Origin: a bacterium | Lineage (GTDB): Bacteria; SAR324; NAC60-12 | Assembly: GCA_965205865.1 (NCBI GenBank) | Contig: CBDBHR010000030.1 | Location: 1,280,001-1,344,000, forward strand | Reading direction: 5' to 3' | DNA length: 64,000 bases | Shown: positions 10,597-20,977 of the stretch, in pieces | How the letters are laid out: every line of letters begins with the position of its first letter | How positions within the stretch are numbered: position 1 is the stretch's first letter | Program-made: the position numbers and the translations under genes | Notes under the pieces: model-generated | What the model saw: the letters and a program-made list of their open reading frames with translations, nothing else | Database searches by the model: none | Told to the model about the DNA's origin: nothing

Positions 10597-12763
10597 TCAA
10601 CGTTCGGGTTCGGGTAACCTCGGGAACAACCACACGGCTCCAAACAGACAAAAGATTGCTCTTGCCATGCGGGTCCTTTCATCTTGCAAATCCTCGTGCA
10701 TGGCAACATTTCGTTGTTTTCGGATGAGGTGCATCATGCTGATGTCGTCTTCATCAGGAGCCTCATCAGAGTATTTGTAAATGTCGATCAAGTTAAAGAA
10801 GTTACTTTTGGCTTTGTCGGGTTGAAATACTTGTTTCAGATGCTTTTCGATAACTTTAACAATATTTCCGGGCAGATCATGGCTAACAGTCAACTTCCTA
10901 ACCGTATCGGCGAATATTGGATCATTCCCCAGGCATTCAAGCGCAACTTCTTTGATCACTTCGTAACGGTCGATCGTAACACTGGATTCAGTAGAATTAC
11001 TTGCTACCTGTTCCTTTAGAGCTATAATCGAATCTGGTGTTTGAGGAATTGAACAAAGGCGGCATATCTGGTTGACTAGAATTTTCGAATATCAATCAAC
11101 CAAATAAAAAGGATATGCCACTATGGGAAAGAACAGCATTTTAGAGTTCGATAATAAAGAGAGTGTTTCAGATGTTCTGAACGAGTTGTTACGAGACGGG
11201 GCACAGCAATTAATACGTCAGGCAGTAGAAACAGAATTGAGCGAGTATTTGTCTCAGCATCAACGCATAGCCGATGATGGAAGGCTTGCGTTGATACGCA
11301 ACGGCTACCTGCCAAAACGAGAAATCCTGACAGGTATAGGCCCAGTCAGTGTCCGTATCCCCAAGGTACGTTCAAAAGATGGGAAGGCACTGACTTTCCG
11401 TTCTGCCTTGGTTCCGCCCTATGTCAGAAAAACCAGATCCCTGGAAGCAGCATTACCATGGCTGTACCTGAAAGGTGTTTCTACCGGAGAGATGGAGGAA
11501 GCATTAAAAGTCCTGGTCGGTCATGATGCACTGGGCCTCTCAGCCAGCACTGTCTCACGCCTCAAGAGTGAATGGGCAAATGAATATCATCATTGGCGGG
11601 AGGCACCACTGGATGAAGACCGCTGGGCCTATGTCTGGGTAGATGGCATCTATTCAGGTCTTCGATCCGAGAAAGATAAACTTTGCGCATTGGTTATCAT
11701 TGGAGTCAACGAAAGAGGTCAGAAACGTTTTTTAGCCATCGAAGATGGTGTACGAGAGTCCACTCAGAGTTGGAGAGAAGTTCTGCTGAAACTCAAAAGC
11801 CGTGGCATGAATGTTCCTCAGTTAGCTATTGGTGATGGAGCCATGGGGTTTTGGGCTGCCATGGATGAAGTATATCCTCAGACACGTCATCAGCGCTGCT
11901 GGGTAACAAACAGCTAATATCCTTAACTCTCTGCCCAAAAGCTCACAGCCTAAAGCTAAAGAGGCGATACATGAAATCTGGCAGGCAGAGACTAAAATCA
12001 ATGCGGAGAAAGCCTTTGAACTCTTCATTGAAACCTATCAGGATAAATATCCAAAGGCCACCCTTTCTCTACAGCAAGATCGTGAAGAGTTACTGGCCTT
12101 TTATGATTTCCCTGCTAAACATTGGCAGAGTATACGAACCAGCAACCCGATTGAATCCACCTTTGGTACCATAAGGCACAGAACTAAAAGATCAAAGGGC
12201 TGTCTCAATCGTGAAGGAATGCTGCACATGATGTTTAAGCTGGGACAATGCGCAGAAAAGAATTGGAGAAAGTTACGTGGCTTTGATTACCTGGCAAAGG
12301 TGATTGAAGGTGTACAATTCTCTGATGGAATCGAGGTGATTCCTGAAATCCGGATTGCCGCTTGATTTTTAACTCAAACACCACTTTTGACAATAACTCG
12401 TTCCTTTAGGCCTAGGATTTCCCTTTTCTGTTTAGCAATTGTCTTTTCATACTCTTTGATGGTGTCATACAATGCGATATCTTTCTCATGGCCATTATCC
12501 TTTGGTTTCCTCGGCATAGGCCGAGAGAAGCTAGATGATGGCGAAAGATCATCCCAAAATTCTGATACCAAGGCATTGTATATACGCCGGGTACGTGGAT
12601 AAACCCATCGCTTGCGATCTGCAATCCAGCGATAGCCTTCGATACCCTTTGCTCTGTCTTTCTGCCAAGCTGGTATTTTCAGAGAATATTCATTTTGCGT
12701 CTCTGTGATGACGATTTCTTCCGGATTTGTCGTCGGTTGATCATTTGCAATTTCTTTTTTCAC
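10597..12763 (-). pseudogene. Hypothetical ~258-aa protein split by IS256 (N-terminal DUF5710/HARP-like motif)
   Basis: Removing 11019-12399 and one TSD copy restores the frame ...ILGLKE|QVASNSTESSVTIDRYEVIKEVALE... Confidence 0.8.
11019..12399 (+). mobile_element. IS256-family element with frameshifted transposase (11123-12365)
   Basis: Imperfect 27-bp TIRs (gagctataatcgaatctggtgtttgag / gagttattgtcaaaagtggtgtttgag), 9-bp TSD GTTCCTTTA; frameshift at HQRCWV ~11905. Confidence 0.93.
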
Positions 12764-12881
12764 AACAATCCCTCTTCAAAAACGATTGCGAACAAAAAAG
12801 GGTTCCGAGCCCTCCACCCGATACCCTTACCCTCAAGTACTGTTTTCTTCAATACCAGTTTTTCGAGATATTAAATTTCTA

Positions 12882-14577
12882 CCTAAATCCTGCAATTAGA
12901 TGACAATCAAACATGGAAATGGTAATATACTCAAATAGTTAACACAAGAATCAACATTTTAAGAGATCACCATTTCCATGAAAAACAAACGTAGCGCAAG
13001 ATCGGCAAGAACGACAGCAAAAAACATCCATATCAGCCAGGGAGGCAGAGACCTGACCGCGCAAGCAGGCTTGATTCCGGTTGTCAAATTTTTTCACAAA
13101 GAAGGGATTGTTTCAAAGACAGAGCAGACCGTAGATCATCGGCGTGGCGCCACGGGTCTTTATGACGCAGTGGACATGGTCATTTTGTCGGTGGTCGGCA
13201 TTGTTGGCGGCGCCCGTTCGATTCGTTCGATTGTGACAGTTTGGAACGACCGTGTTTTGAGTCGTGTGGCCGGTTGGCTGAGGATTCCGGATGAAACCAC
13301 ATTCGGCCGGATACTGCGTACTTTCACACAGAAAAACATCAATGAGATGGAGAGCTTGAACCATCGGATTCGAGCCGGTATCTGGCGTAAGGCGCTTCGA
13401 AGTGGGACAAGCATCGTTGGGGTGTTACACTGTCTTGTGATTGACGTGGACTCCACTGTGAAAACGGCCTACGGCAAGCAGCAAGGAGTGTCTGTCGGAT
13501 ATAATCCACACAAACGCGGTGCAGCTTCGTATCATCCTCTGCTGGCATTTTGCGCAGAGACAAAGGAGATTCTTCAGGGTTGGCTTCGTGATGGGAGTGC
13601 CTATACCAGCAATGGAGTCGTTGAATTCATGCGGCAACTTCTTGCTCACCTTCCAAATCGGACTCGCATTCTGTTTCGTGGAGACAGTGGTTTTTTTGTG
13701 GGGGATTTGCTGGATTTCCTCGAAGAACGAGGCCATGGCTATCTGATCAAGGTCAAACTCAAGGGGCTTGTCTCGTTGTTGGAAACCCAAAAATGGCAAA
13801 AAGTGAAGGGGCAGCCCGCTTGGGAAGGGTGTGAGTTTTCCCACCAATGTAAAACTTGGAGGAGGTCAAGAAAATTCATGGCCGTACGCAGGGAGAAAGA
13901 GGAGGAACTCAAAGGGATGGCCACCCTCTTTGAGATGAAGGAGTACGATTATTTTTGTTATGTTCTCACCGATGCGCTCACTCCCTGGCAGGCTCACAAA
14001 GAGTATGGCCAGAGGGCGGTCGCTGAGACATGGATTGAGGAAGCAAAAAATCAAACTGCGCTGGCTCAGATTAAAACCGACGATTTTTGGGCCAACAGTG
14101 CCTTGTTCCAATGCGCGATACTCGCTTACAACACGCTGCGCTGGATGGCCCTTTGTAGTGGTAACGCAATACTGCGCCGTTGGGAACCGGCCACCATGCG
14201 CACCTATCTTGTCCGAATGGCAGGAAAATGGACGAGTGGCGCTCGTCAACAAAAACTGAGAGTTCCGGAAAGAACACTTTACAATGCTCAATGGGATGCA
14301 TGGGTCGCTGTTGGAGAGACCTGGATCCTTTGTTTCACTCCAGTGGAAACGTTTTGCTGAGATGTCGATCCCCAAATCGAGGGAGAAGTACGTCTTGAAT
14401 CTTGTGCCCGCGAAAGCGGGTATCAGATCATCACAAAATATGACGATCAAATGGAGGGCGGAAAAACCTTTATGAGCAAGGACTGATGGAAATTCAACTC
14501 TCAAATCCTTTTTTTTAAAAAAACCTCTCAAAGAGTGAGGGGAAACTCAATCAAAATATTCAATTGCAGGATTTAGG
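12882..14577 (+). mobile_element. IS1380-family element
   Basis: Perfect 16-bp TIR CCTAAATCCTGCAATT; no TSD visible. Confidence 0.9.
12978..14360 (+). CDS. IS1380-family DDE transposase
   Basis: IDVDST..YGKQQG..GYN, SYHPLLAF, RGDSGFF, Y.QRA..E.WIEEAK. Confidence 0.92.
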   Translation: MKNKRSARSARTTAKNIHISQGGRDLTAQAGLIPVVKFFHKEGIVSKTEQTVDHRRGATGLYDAVDMVILSVVGIVGGARSIRSIVTVWNDRVLSRVAGWLRIPDETTFGRILRTFTQKNINEMESLNHRIRAGIWRKALRSGTSIVGVLHCLVIDVDSTVKTAYGKQQGVSVGYNPHKRGAASYHPLLAFCAETKEILQGWLRDGSAYTSNGVVEFMRQLLAHLPNRTRILFRGDSGFFVGDLLDFLEERGHGYLIKVKLKGLVSLLETQKWQKVKGQPAWEGCEFSHQCKTWRRSRKFMAVRREKEEELKGMATLFEMKEYDYFCYVLTDALTPWQAHKEYGQRAVAETWIEEAKNQTALAQIKTDDFWANSALFQCAILAYNTLRWMALCSGNAILRRWEPATMRTYLVRMAGKWTSGARQQKLRVPERTLYNAQWDAWVAVGETWILCFTPVETFC

Positions 14578-14585
14578 GAGGAAAT

Positions 14586-16352
14586 TTGAAAACTAGAAAA
14601 AACGGAATAATTCAATCAATATTGTTAACCTTCACCCTGATGGTGGCCGCATTCTGGGTCAGTTCGGCAGCAGTGACTGCCAAAGAGATGGTCAAAGATC
14701 CCTCCACCGGCAAAATGGTGGTCAAACCGGAGCACGGCGGGACCATTACCGCTGCGCTGATAACACTCGCGCTTGAGCACGGCGACAACTGGATCTGGAA
14801 CGGAGCGGGGCTTTTCATGGGATCGACGCTGGACAGGTTGGGCCTGGCGGACTGGACAATCGACCGCACTGTCAACTCCTTAGTGGTCTACTATCCCGAG
14901 AGCGCCCTGGTGGGCCACCTGGCGGAGAGCTGGGAGAACCCGGATCCTTTGACGTGGGTGTTCAAGATCCGCGACAACGTCTTCTTTCACGACAAGCCGC
15001 CGGTATCCGGTCGCCAGCTGACCGCCGACGACTTGGCCGCGAACTACGACCGACGGTACGGCATCGGCAGGTTTGCCGGTGAAGATCCCGCGTCGTGGGG
15101 AGCGACCCTCCCCTTCGAGTCGGTAACGGCCACCGACAAGCTGACCTTCGAGATCAAGCTGTCGCAGCCGCACGAGGGCACGCTCCAGGCGCTGTTGGAC
15201 GACTGCCAAGACAAGGTATATGCGCCCGAAACCTTCGACATGCTCGGCGACGCCAACAACGTGATCGGCACCGGGCCCTTCATGGTGGACGAGTTCGTCA
15301 GCAGCACCTCGATCACGTTTGACAGGAATCCCAACTACTGGAAGGACGACGAGAAGTTCCCGGGGAACCGCCTGCTCTACGCCGACAAGCTCGTGCTGCT
15401 GATGATGAGCGACGAGGCGACCAGGCTTGCGGCACTGCGGTCGGGCCAGATCGATATCAGCGGGGAGACGGGTGTCTCGCGGATCAAGACGATCGCCAAC
15501 GCGGTGCAGCTCCAGAAAGATGTCCCGGGCATGCAGCTCTTCCCGATCGGGTTCCGCTGCGAGACGTGCCTGGGCATCAAAACGGAAGAGCCGCCCCTCA
15601 GCGACATCAGGGTGCGCCACGCCCTGCAGATGGCGATCGACCTGGAGACCATTAGGGACAACTACTTTTACGGCTACGGAGAGTGGCAGCCGATGGGGCC
15701 GATCGGGACGGACGTGACCGGCTTCACCAACCCCTTCGATACCTGGCCCGAGGAGCTCCAGAAGTTCTGGTCCTACGACCCGGCGGGTGCCGAGCGACTG
15801 CTCGATGAGGCCGGATACCCACGCGGGGCGGGCGGCGTCCGCTTCCAGACCTCGATCATGACTAACAGCGAACGCGCCGACACCGGCTACATGGAGCTCG
15901 TCGGCGGCTATTGGAAGAAGATCGGCGTGGAGGTCAAGATCGAGACACTCGACACCCCCACGTTCCTCGGACGGGCGAATGCGTCAGATTTCGACGGATT
16001 AATCGACTTCTGGTCCGTCGGCGCCGACTACGAGAACCTCACTAGCAGTCTCGGCGGTTTTCGCGAGGTCGCCGTCGACACCGGCCACATCTTCGCCGAT
16101 CCGGTGTTCGAGGCCAGGTGGGAGGAGTTACAGGCTGCGACTGGCGACGAGTACCGACGGCTGGCGAAGGCGCTCGACATGTACGTGATCGAGCAGCACC
16201 GCTACCTCTGGGGTGTGAAGTTTGCAACGTTCAACGTTGCGCAGCCGTGGATCGTCGGCTACAACGGCGAGATGGGGCTCGGCAACTGCCAGTGGAACGG
16301 GCCCTACTCTCGCGTGTGGATCGATAGTCAGCTCAAGGAGGAGTTGAACTAG
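14586..16352 (+). CDS. ABC transporter substrate-binding protein, family 5
   Basis: Signal peptide, LAESWE, IGTGPF, VRHALQMAID; TTG start with GGAGG RBS. Confidence 0.9.
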   Translation: MKTRKNGIIQSILLTFTLMVAAFWVSSAAVTAKEMVKDPSTGKMVVKPEHGGTITAALITLALEHGDNWIWNGAGLFMGSTLDRLGLADWTIDRTVNSLVVYYPESALVGHLAESWENPDPLTWVFKIRDNVFFHDKPPVSGRQLTADDLAANYDRRYGIGRFAGEDPASWGATLPFESVTATDKLTFEIKLSQPHEGTLQALLDDCQDKVYAPETFDMLGDANNVIGTGPFMVDEFVSSTSITFDRNPNYWKDDEKFPGNRLLYADKLVLLMMSDEATRLAALRSGQIDISGETGVSRIKTIANAVQLQKDVPGMQLFPIGFRCETCLGIKTEEPPLSDIRVRHALQMAIDLETIRDNYFYGYGEWQPMGPIGTDVTGFTNPFDTWPEELQKFWSYDPAGAERLLDEAGYPRGAGGVRFQTSIMTNSERADTGYMELVGGYWKKIGVEVKIETLDTPTFLGRANASDFDGLIDFWSVGADYENLTSSLGGFREVAVDTGHIFADPVFEARWEELQAATGDEYRRLAKALDMYVIEQHRYLWGVKFATFNVAQPWIVGYNGEMGLGNCQWNGPYSRVWIDSQLKEELN

Positions 16353-16507
16353 TACCTTGTGAAACTAATATATTATTCTTTGTCATCCTCGCGAAAGCGG
16401 GGATCCAGGGGATAGAGCTTAAAACTCTGGATTCCTGCTTCCGCAGGAATGACATTGCTAAAATCACTATACTTTTCATAGACATCAAAACATTATTAAC
16501 AAAGCAC
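16352..16507. mobile_element. MITE inserted at the SBP stop codon (CTAG at both ends) carrying a REP-like hairpin
   Basis: ctagtaccttgtgaaactaat ... attattaacaaagcactag; internal gtcatcctcgcgaaagcggggatccag...ctggattcctgcttccgcaggaatgac. Confidence 0.65.
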
Positions 16508-16514
16508 TAGCTTT

Positions 16515-17474
16515 ATGCGTACCTACGTCATCCGGCGCCTGCTGCTGTTCATTCCGACCCTGTTCATCCTGAGCATGCTGGTGTTCTTTTCTGTGCGCCA
16601 GCTCCCCGGCGACATCGTCGACGTCCTGCTGACCGACCATCAGGTAGGCGCGACCGAGGACGACAAGGAGCGGCTGCGCGAGATGCTGGGGCTGGACGTC
16701 CCAGCGCACATAGCGTACGTGCGCTGGGTGTCGGGGATCCTGTTGCGCGGTACGCTCGGTCAGTCCCTGCTCCGGGGCCACAGACCCGTGGAGGATAAGA
16801 TCCTCGCCAGAGTGCCCGTCACCCTGGAGTTGGGGGCGACGGCGCTGATCATCGGCCTGGTGATCGCGCTGCCGGTCGGCATCTACTCGGCGGTGCGCCA
16901 GGACACTCTGGGCGATTATGTCGGGCGCAGCGTCGCCATCTTCGGGCTGGCCACTCCCAACTTCTGGCTGGCCCTCATAGTTCTCATCTTTCCCGGCATC
17001 TGGTGGGGCTGGACGCCGCGGCTCAGACTGCTTGACTTCAGCGAGGATCCGCTGGCCCACATCGGCATGTTCATCGTCCCCGGCCTGATTCTGGGGACGG
17101 CCACGGTGGCCGCCACGATGCGGATGACGCGCACGATGATGCTGGAGGTGCTGCGGCAGGACTATGTCCGGACAGCCTGGGCCAAGGGTTTGCGCGAGCG
17201 GGTGGTTATCGTCCGCCACGCCATCAAGAACGCGCTGATCCCGGTGGTCACCCTCATCGGGCTGCAGCTGCCGATCCTGGTGGGTGGCTCGGTCATCATC
17301 GAGACGCTGTTCAACCTGCCCGGACTGGGGTCGTTTCTCATCCAGGCGCTGTGGAACCGTGACTATCCGGTGGTTTCGGGCATCAACCTCTTCTTTGCCA
17401 CCTTCATCCTGGTCAACAACCTGCTGATCGACCTGCTCTACGCCTACCTCGACCCAAGGATTCGGTACCAATGA
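16515..17474 (+). CDS. ABC permease (OppB/DppB-like)
   Basis: RMTRTMMLEVLRQDYVRTAWAKGL, LDPRIRY. Confidence 0.92.
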   Translation: MRTYVIRRLLLFIPTLFILSMLVFFSVRQLPGDIVDVLLTDHQVGATEDDKERLREMLGLDVPAHIAYVRWVSGILLRGTLGQSLLRGHRPVEDKILARVPVTLELGATALIIGLVIALPVGIYSAVRQDTLGDYVGRSVAIFGLATPNFWLALIVLIFPGIWWGWTPRLRLLDFSEDPLAHIGMFIVPGLILGTATVAATMRMTRTMMLEVLRQDYVRTAWAKGLRERVVIVRHAIKNALIPVVTLIGLQLPILVGGSVIIETLFNLPGLGSFLIQALWNRDYPVVSGINLFFATFILVNNLLIDLLYAYLDPRIRYQ

Positions 17475-18439
17475 CGGACCTCGCCAGAACGACAGATCTC
17501 GCCACCGAGCAGCGCAGCCGCAGCCTTTTTGCCGACTTCTTTCACCGGCTGGTCCGGGAAAAGCCGCTGGGCTTGCTCGGCGCTGTGATCATTACGCTGT
17601 TTGTGTTGGTGAGCGTTTTTGCCGACTATCTGGCGCCTGACCCCGAGCTGGAACAGGATGTGACCCGGCGGCTGCAGGGGTCTTCGATTGAGCATCCGCT
17701 GGGAACCGATCATATCGGACGCGACTTCTTGAGTCGCAACATCTTCGGCGCTCGCCAGTCGCTGCTCGTGGGCTTCGCTGCAACCGCAGTGGCGGTGCTG
17801 GTGGCCACCGCCATCGGCGCCCTCTCGGGGTTCATCGGGGGTAGGTTCGACATGGTGACGCAACGATTCGTCGATGCCTGGCTGGCTTTTCCGGGACTGC
17901 TGCTGCTCATGACGGTCATGTCGATCGTGGGGACCGGCGTGCTGCAGATCATCATCGTGCTGGGCCTGGTCTATGGGATCGGCAACTCGCGCGTGATCCG
18001 GGGCGCGGTGATCAGCATCAAGGAGAACGTCTACTTCGAGGCTGCGAAGGCCGTCGGCAATCCCGGTTGGCGTACGCTGCTGCGCCACGTGCTGCCGAAC
18101 GTGTTCGCGCCCATCATCGTCATCTTCAGCATCTCCATTGGCACGGTGATCATCACCGAGGCGTCCCTGAGCTTCCTGGGCTTTGGACTGCCATTGGACG
18201 TTCCCAGCTGGGGTGGCCTGTTGAGCCGCGAGGGGCGCCGGTACATGCAGGTGGCGCCATGGCTGGCGATGTGGCCGGGGATCTTCCTGACCATCGTGGT
18301 CTACTCCCTCAACATGTTCGGCGACGCGGTGAGGGACCTGCTCGATCCCCGGCTGCGCGGCGGAGAGGGCAGTTACGGCACCGCAAAGAGAAAACGCAAA
18401 CGAGGATTCCTGGCCAGATTGATCAACCCGTTCTCTTAG
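17471..18439 (+). CDS. ABC permease (OppC/DppC-like)
   Basis: HPLGTDHIGRD, EASLSFLGFG, GDAVRDLLDPR. Confidence 0.92.
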   Translation: MTDLARTTDLATEQRSRSLFADFFHRLVREKPLGLLGAVIITLFVLVSVFADYLAPDPELEQDVTRRLQGSSIEHPLGTDHIGRDFLSRNIFGARQSLLVGFAATAVAVLVATAIGALSGFIGGRFDMVTQRFVDAWLAFPGLLLLMTVMSIVGTGVLQIIIVLGLVYGIGNSRVIRGAVISIKENVYFEAAKAVGNPGWRTLLRHVLPNVFAPIIVIFSISIGTVIITEASLSFLGFGLPLDVPSWGGLLSREGRRYMQVAPWLAMWPGIFLTIVVYSLNMFGDAVRDLLDPRLRGGEGSYGTAKRKRKRGFLARLINPFS

Positions 18440-18578
18440 AAGGAAACTATTGGCCTCGTGCCGGGACTACAATAGAACTGATCACAAATAAGCGCATGAG
18501 TGGTTATTCAGTGCCTGGGAGGAAATGCACGATGCTGAAAACCAGGAAGGTCACAATGATCAGTGTAAAGAGCCCTTC

Positions 18579-18698
18579 TTTTCTTAAACGCTTCTTTTGC
18601 TCCTCAAAAGAGAAGGCTAAGAGCCGTTTTTAGCTTAATTTTTTGAATATATCTATGGAGAACAGTGCTATAGAAAAAATAATCCGGTCCGACCCGAT
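18579..18698. mobile_element. RAYT-element upstream end (family A), isolated copy
   Basis: ~120-bp match to 55787-55908 ending aaaataatccggtccgacccgat. Confidence 0.75.
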
Positions 18699-18733
18699 CC
18701 CGCCCATCCGAATTTTAGCCGGGATCGATATCT

Positions 18734-19564
18734 TTACTCTTGAAGGAGAGCACGCAGCCGTTCGACTTCCACAAGCGCGTTTTCTTTTTCTTGTCTCTCT
18801 TTTTCTTTTTCTTGTCTCTCTTTTTCTTTTTCTTGTCTCTCTTTTTCTTTTTCTTGTCTCTCTTGTTGGAAGCTTTTCAAGAGGAACGGCTGGTAGAGGG
18901 GATCATCGATTAATTTTTCAAAGGCCACCTGTTTTTCTAAATCCTGAAGACGAAATGCGAATCGATCCAAAACCCTGGAATGAATCACGCCGGGCTCTTT
19001 GCTCTTCATCTTTTCATAAACCCCCTGCTCATTGAGAGCATAGAAGGCGGTATGCTTGCGCAAACGGTCTAATATATAATATTCCGCTACCCCCGCTTTG
19101 GCGTATTCTTCTTTTTTGTGAACCGTATCCCGTTCCACCTCCGAGGGAGTCGAGTCGGATAAAAACTCTATACAGAGGTCACACACCCCATGAAACGAAC
19201 GATCCAACAGTTTGGCCTCGACAGGATTGGAGTGAAGAATCACGGCCAGATCCGGTTTGCGAATACTCACCTTTTTCTTTCCCAGTTCCAAACGAAAGCC
19301 CATTTCCAATGCCATGATTCGCCCTTGAGGGAAGACGATTAAATATTCTTCTAATAAGCGTAAGAACCATTGATACAGAGAGATGCTTAAAAAATCTGGC
19401 ATGGGCTTTTCCTCCAAGAATCCATTGTTCCATTCATATTGACTATCCGGGTGTTCATAGTACGTCTTCCAATACCCTGCCTCACTCACCCTGAGGGGCT
19501 CCCTGGCAGATGGAGGAAACCGTGTTGGAGTGGTGTTGTTTTTGACGGATTCTAAAGAAGCCAT
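18734..19564 (-). CDS. Uma2-family (PD-(D/E)xK) endonuclease with coiled-coil tail
   Basis: YEWNNG.LEEKPM, RKPDL, IEFLSDS...RD...KK.EYA.AGV.EYYILD. Confidence 0.88.
   Translation of the reverse strand: MASLESVKNNTTPTRFPPSAREPLRVSEAGYWKTYYEHPDSQYEWNNGFLEEKPMPDFLSISLYQWFLRLLEEYLIVFPQGRIMALEMGFRLELGKKKVSIRKPDLAVILHSNPVEAKLLDRSFHGVCDLCIEFLSDSTPSEVERDTVHKKEEYAKAGVAEYYILDRLRKHTAFYALNEQGVYEKMKSKEPGVIHSRVLDRFAFRLQDLEKQVAFEKLIDDPLYQPFLLKSFQQERQEKEKERQEKEKERQEKEKERQEKENALVEVERLRALLQE
18780..18862. repeat. 21-bp tandem repeat x4 encoding (ERQEKEK)4
   Basis: Repeated tttttctttttcttgtctctc. Confidence 0.9.
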
Positions 19565-19629
19565 GAGGTCCTCAATGGGAATGAGAAGTGAAATTTGTGG
19601 TCTTTTTAACAGAATAGCATAGTGTGAGG

Positions 19630-19885
19630 AGGACTGCAATTTCCATTTTTGTAATTCGGTAATCACTTGGGGAAAGGTTTTAGAATCGTGAATATTGCCA
19701 CGATAGACCCGGTGGAAGTGAGGGATGCCCCAAGCTTTTTCAACACAGACGGCCAGTCCCACTTGTTTTAAATGATGACGCGAGGCTTTGTTATGGCCAA
19801 TCTTGGCTAATTGAGAGTGCAGCGGTTCTTCAAAATAGGTGAAAAAATTGGTCGTATCATATAAGATGATATCCTAAGACAGATC
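19630..19885 (-). pseudogene. IS1634-family transposase fragment
   Basis: YDTTNFFTYF, GHNKASRHHLKQVGL, HRVYRGNIHDS. Confidence 0.75.
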
Positions 19886-19900
19886 GAATTGTTGCAATTA

Positions 19901-20632
19901 ATGACTAACAATAGTAGGTTGAAAAAGTTGAAACTGTCAATAATTATTCCTATCTACAATGAATTCAATAATATCGATAAAGTGATTAAACGTATCAACG
20001 CTGTTAAGCTCCCTGAAGAAATTTCTGGTGTTGAAATGGTATTAATTGATGATGGTTCGGTAGATGGAACAACAGAAAAAATAGAAAAGTATAAAAATGA
20101 AAAAACAATGATAATACATGAGTCTCGACTTAATTTTGGAAAAGGAACTGCTGCACGTATAGGATTAACTTATGTAACTGGAGATATTGTACTCATCCAA
20201 GATGCTGATTTAGAGTATGATCCGGAAGATTATCCAAAGCTGTTAGCCCCAATATTAAATAATGATGCAGACATAGTGTATGGGTCTCGTTTTTTGAATC
20301 AAAATAAGAAGCCGAAAGGGATGGTTCTTAAAAATTGGATCATTAATATCATCCTTAGAGTGATGACCAATGTCTTATATAAATCTAATTTAACAGATGA
20401 AGCAACCGCATATAAATTGTTTAAAATCGATGTTCTCAAGAAGATTGATTTGAAATCGAAAAGGTTTGAAATTTGTCCAGAAATGACAGCAAAAGTGTTA
20501 AAACAAGGCTATCAAATCAACGAAGTTCCAATTAGTTATCAAGGTAGAACTGTGGAAGAAGGAAAAAAAATAAGATGGTATGATGGCATTGCTGCCATCT
20601 GGACTTTGTTGAAATATCGCTTCATTGATTAG
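19901..20632 (+). CDS. Glycosyltransferase family 2 (DPM1-like), very AT-rich
   Basis: LSIIIPIYNE, DDGSVDGT, IQDADLEYDP, VYGSRF, EGKKI.W.DG; start uncertain. Confidence 0.9.
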   Translation: MTNNSRLKKLKLSIIIPIYNEFNNIDKVIKRINAVKLPEEISGVEMVLIDDGSVDGTTEKIEKYKNEKTMIIHESRLNFGKGTAARIGLTYVTGDIVLIQDADLEYDPEDYPKLLAPILNNDADIVYGSRFLNQNKKPKGMVLKNWIINIILRVMTNVLYKSNLTDEATAYKLFKIDVLKKIDLKSKRFEICPEMTAKVLKQGYQINEVPISYQGRTVEEGKKIRWYDGIAAIWTLLKYRFID

Positions 20633-20882
20633 CCTTGATATCACAATGCATAACAAGCGGTTCCGAAGACATCTATAGTCCCTGACACCAAAGAATATAA
20701 TAAATGGCTGGTCATTTTTTTCCACTTTTTTTATATAATTTTCATTTGTTATGATTCAAACGGAATCATAATTTTAGCTTATTGCTTTAAGCTACAAATT
20801 CATCTGTGCCCGTTCAAAAGAGCATTGGAATTTTCCATAGAATGAGTTAGCTATTTCTATCCCTCAAAGCAAGGAGATTCCA

Positions 20883-20970
20883 ATGTCTCGGACAAACAAA
20901 CAAAAATTGACAGTTGTTCCCTCTCAAAAAACTAACAAAAGGAAGCAATATAGTCCTCAAGAAAAAGTGG
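20883..20970 (+). pseudogene. IS3-like transposase N-terminal stub
   Basis: AAGGAG RBS then MSRTNKQK...RKQYSPQEKV, fused to the SBP remnant. Confidence 0.45.
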
Positions 20971-20977
20971 ACACCCT

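Noticed and set aside
14880-18633. Long antisense and alternate-frame ORFs over the GC-rich transporter genes (also 22490-23071, 31383-32129, 44557-45423)
   Set aside because: Shadow ORFs expected from high GC3; no recognisable motifs.
18734-19762. 342-aa ORF as a transposase-Uma2 fusion
   Set aside because: The N-terminal part is a chance in-frame IS1634 remnant; Uma2 has its own ATG at 19564 with a GAGG RBS.
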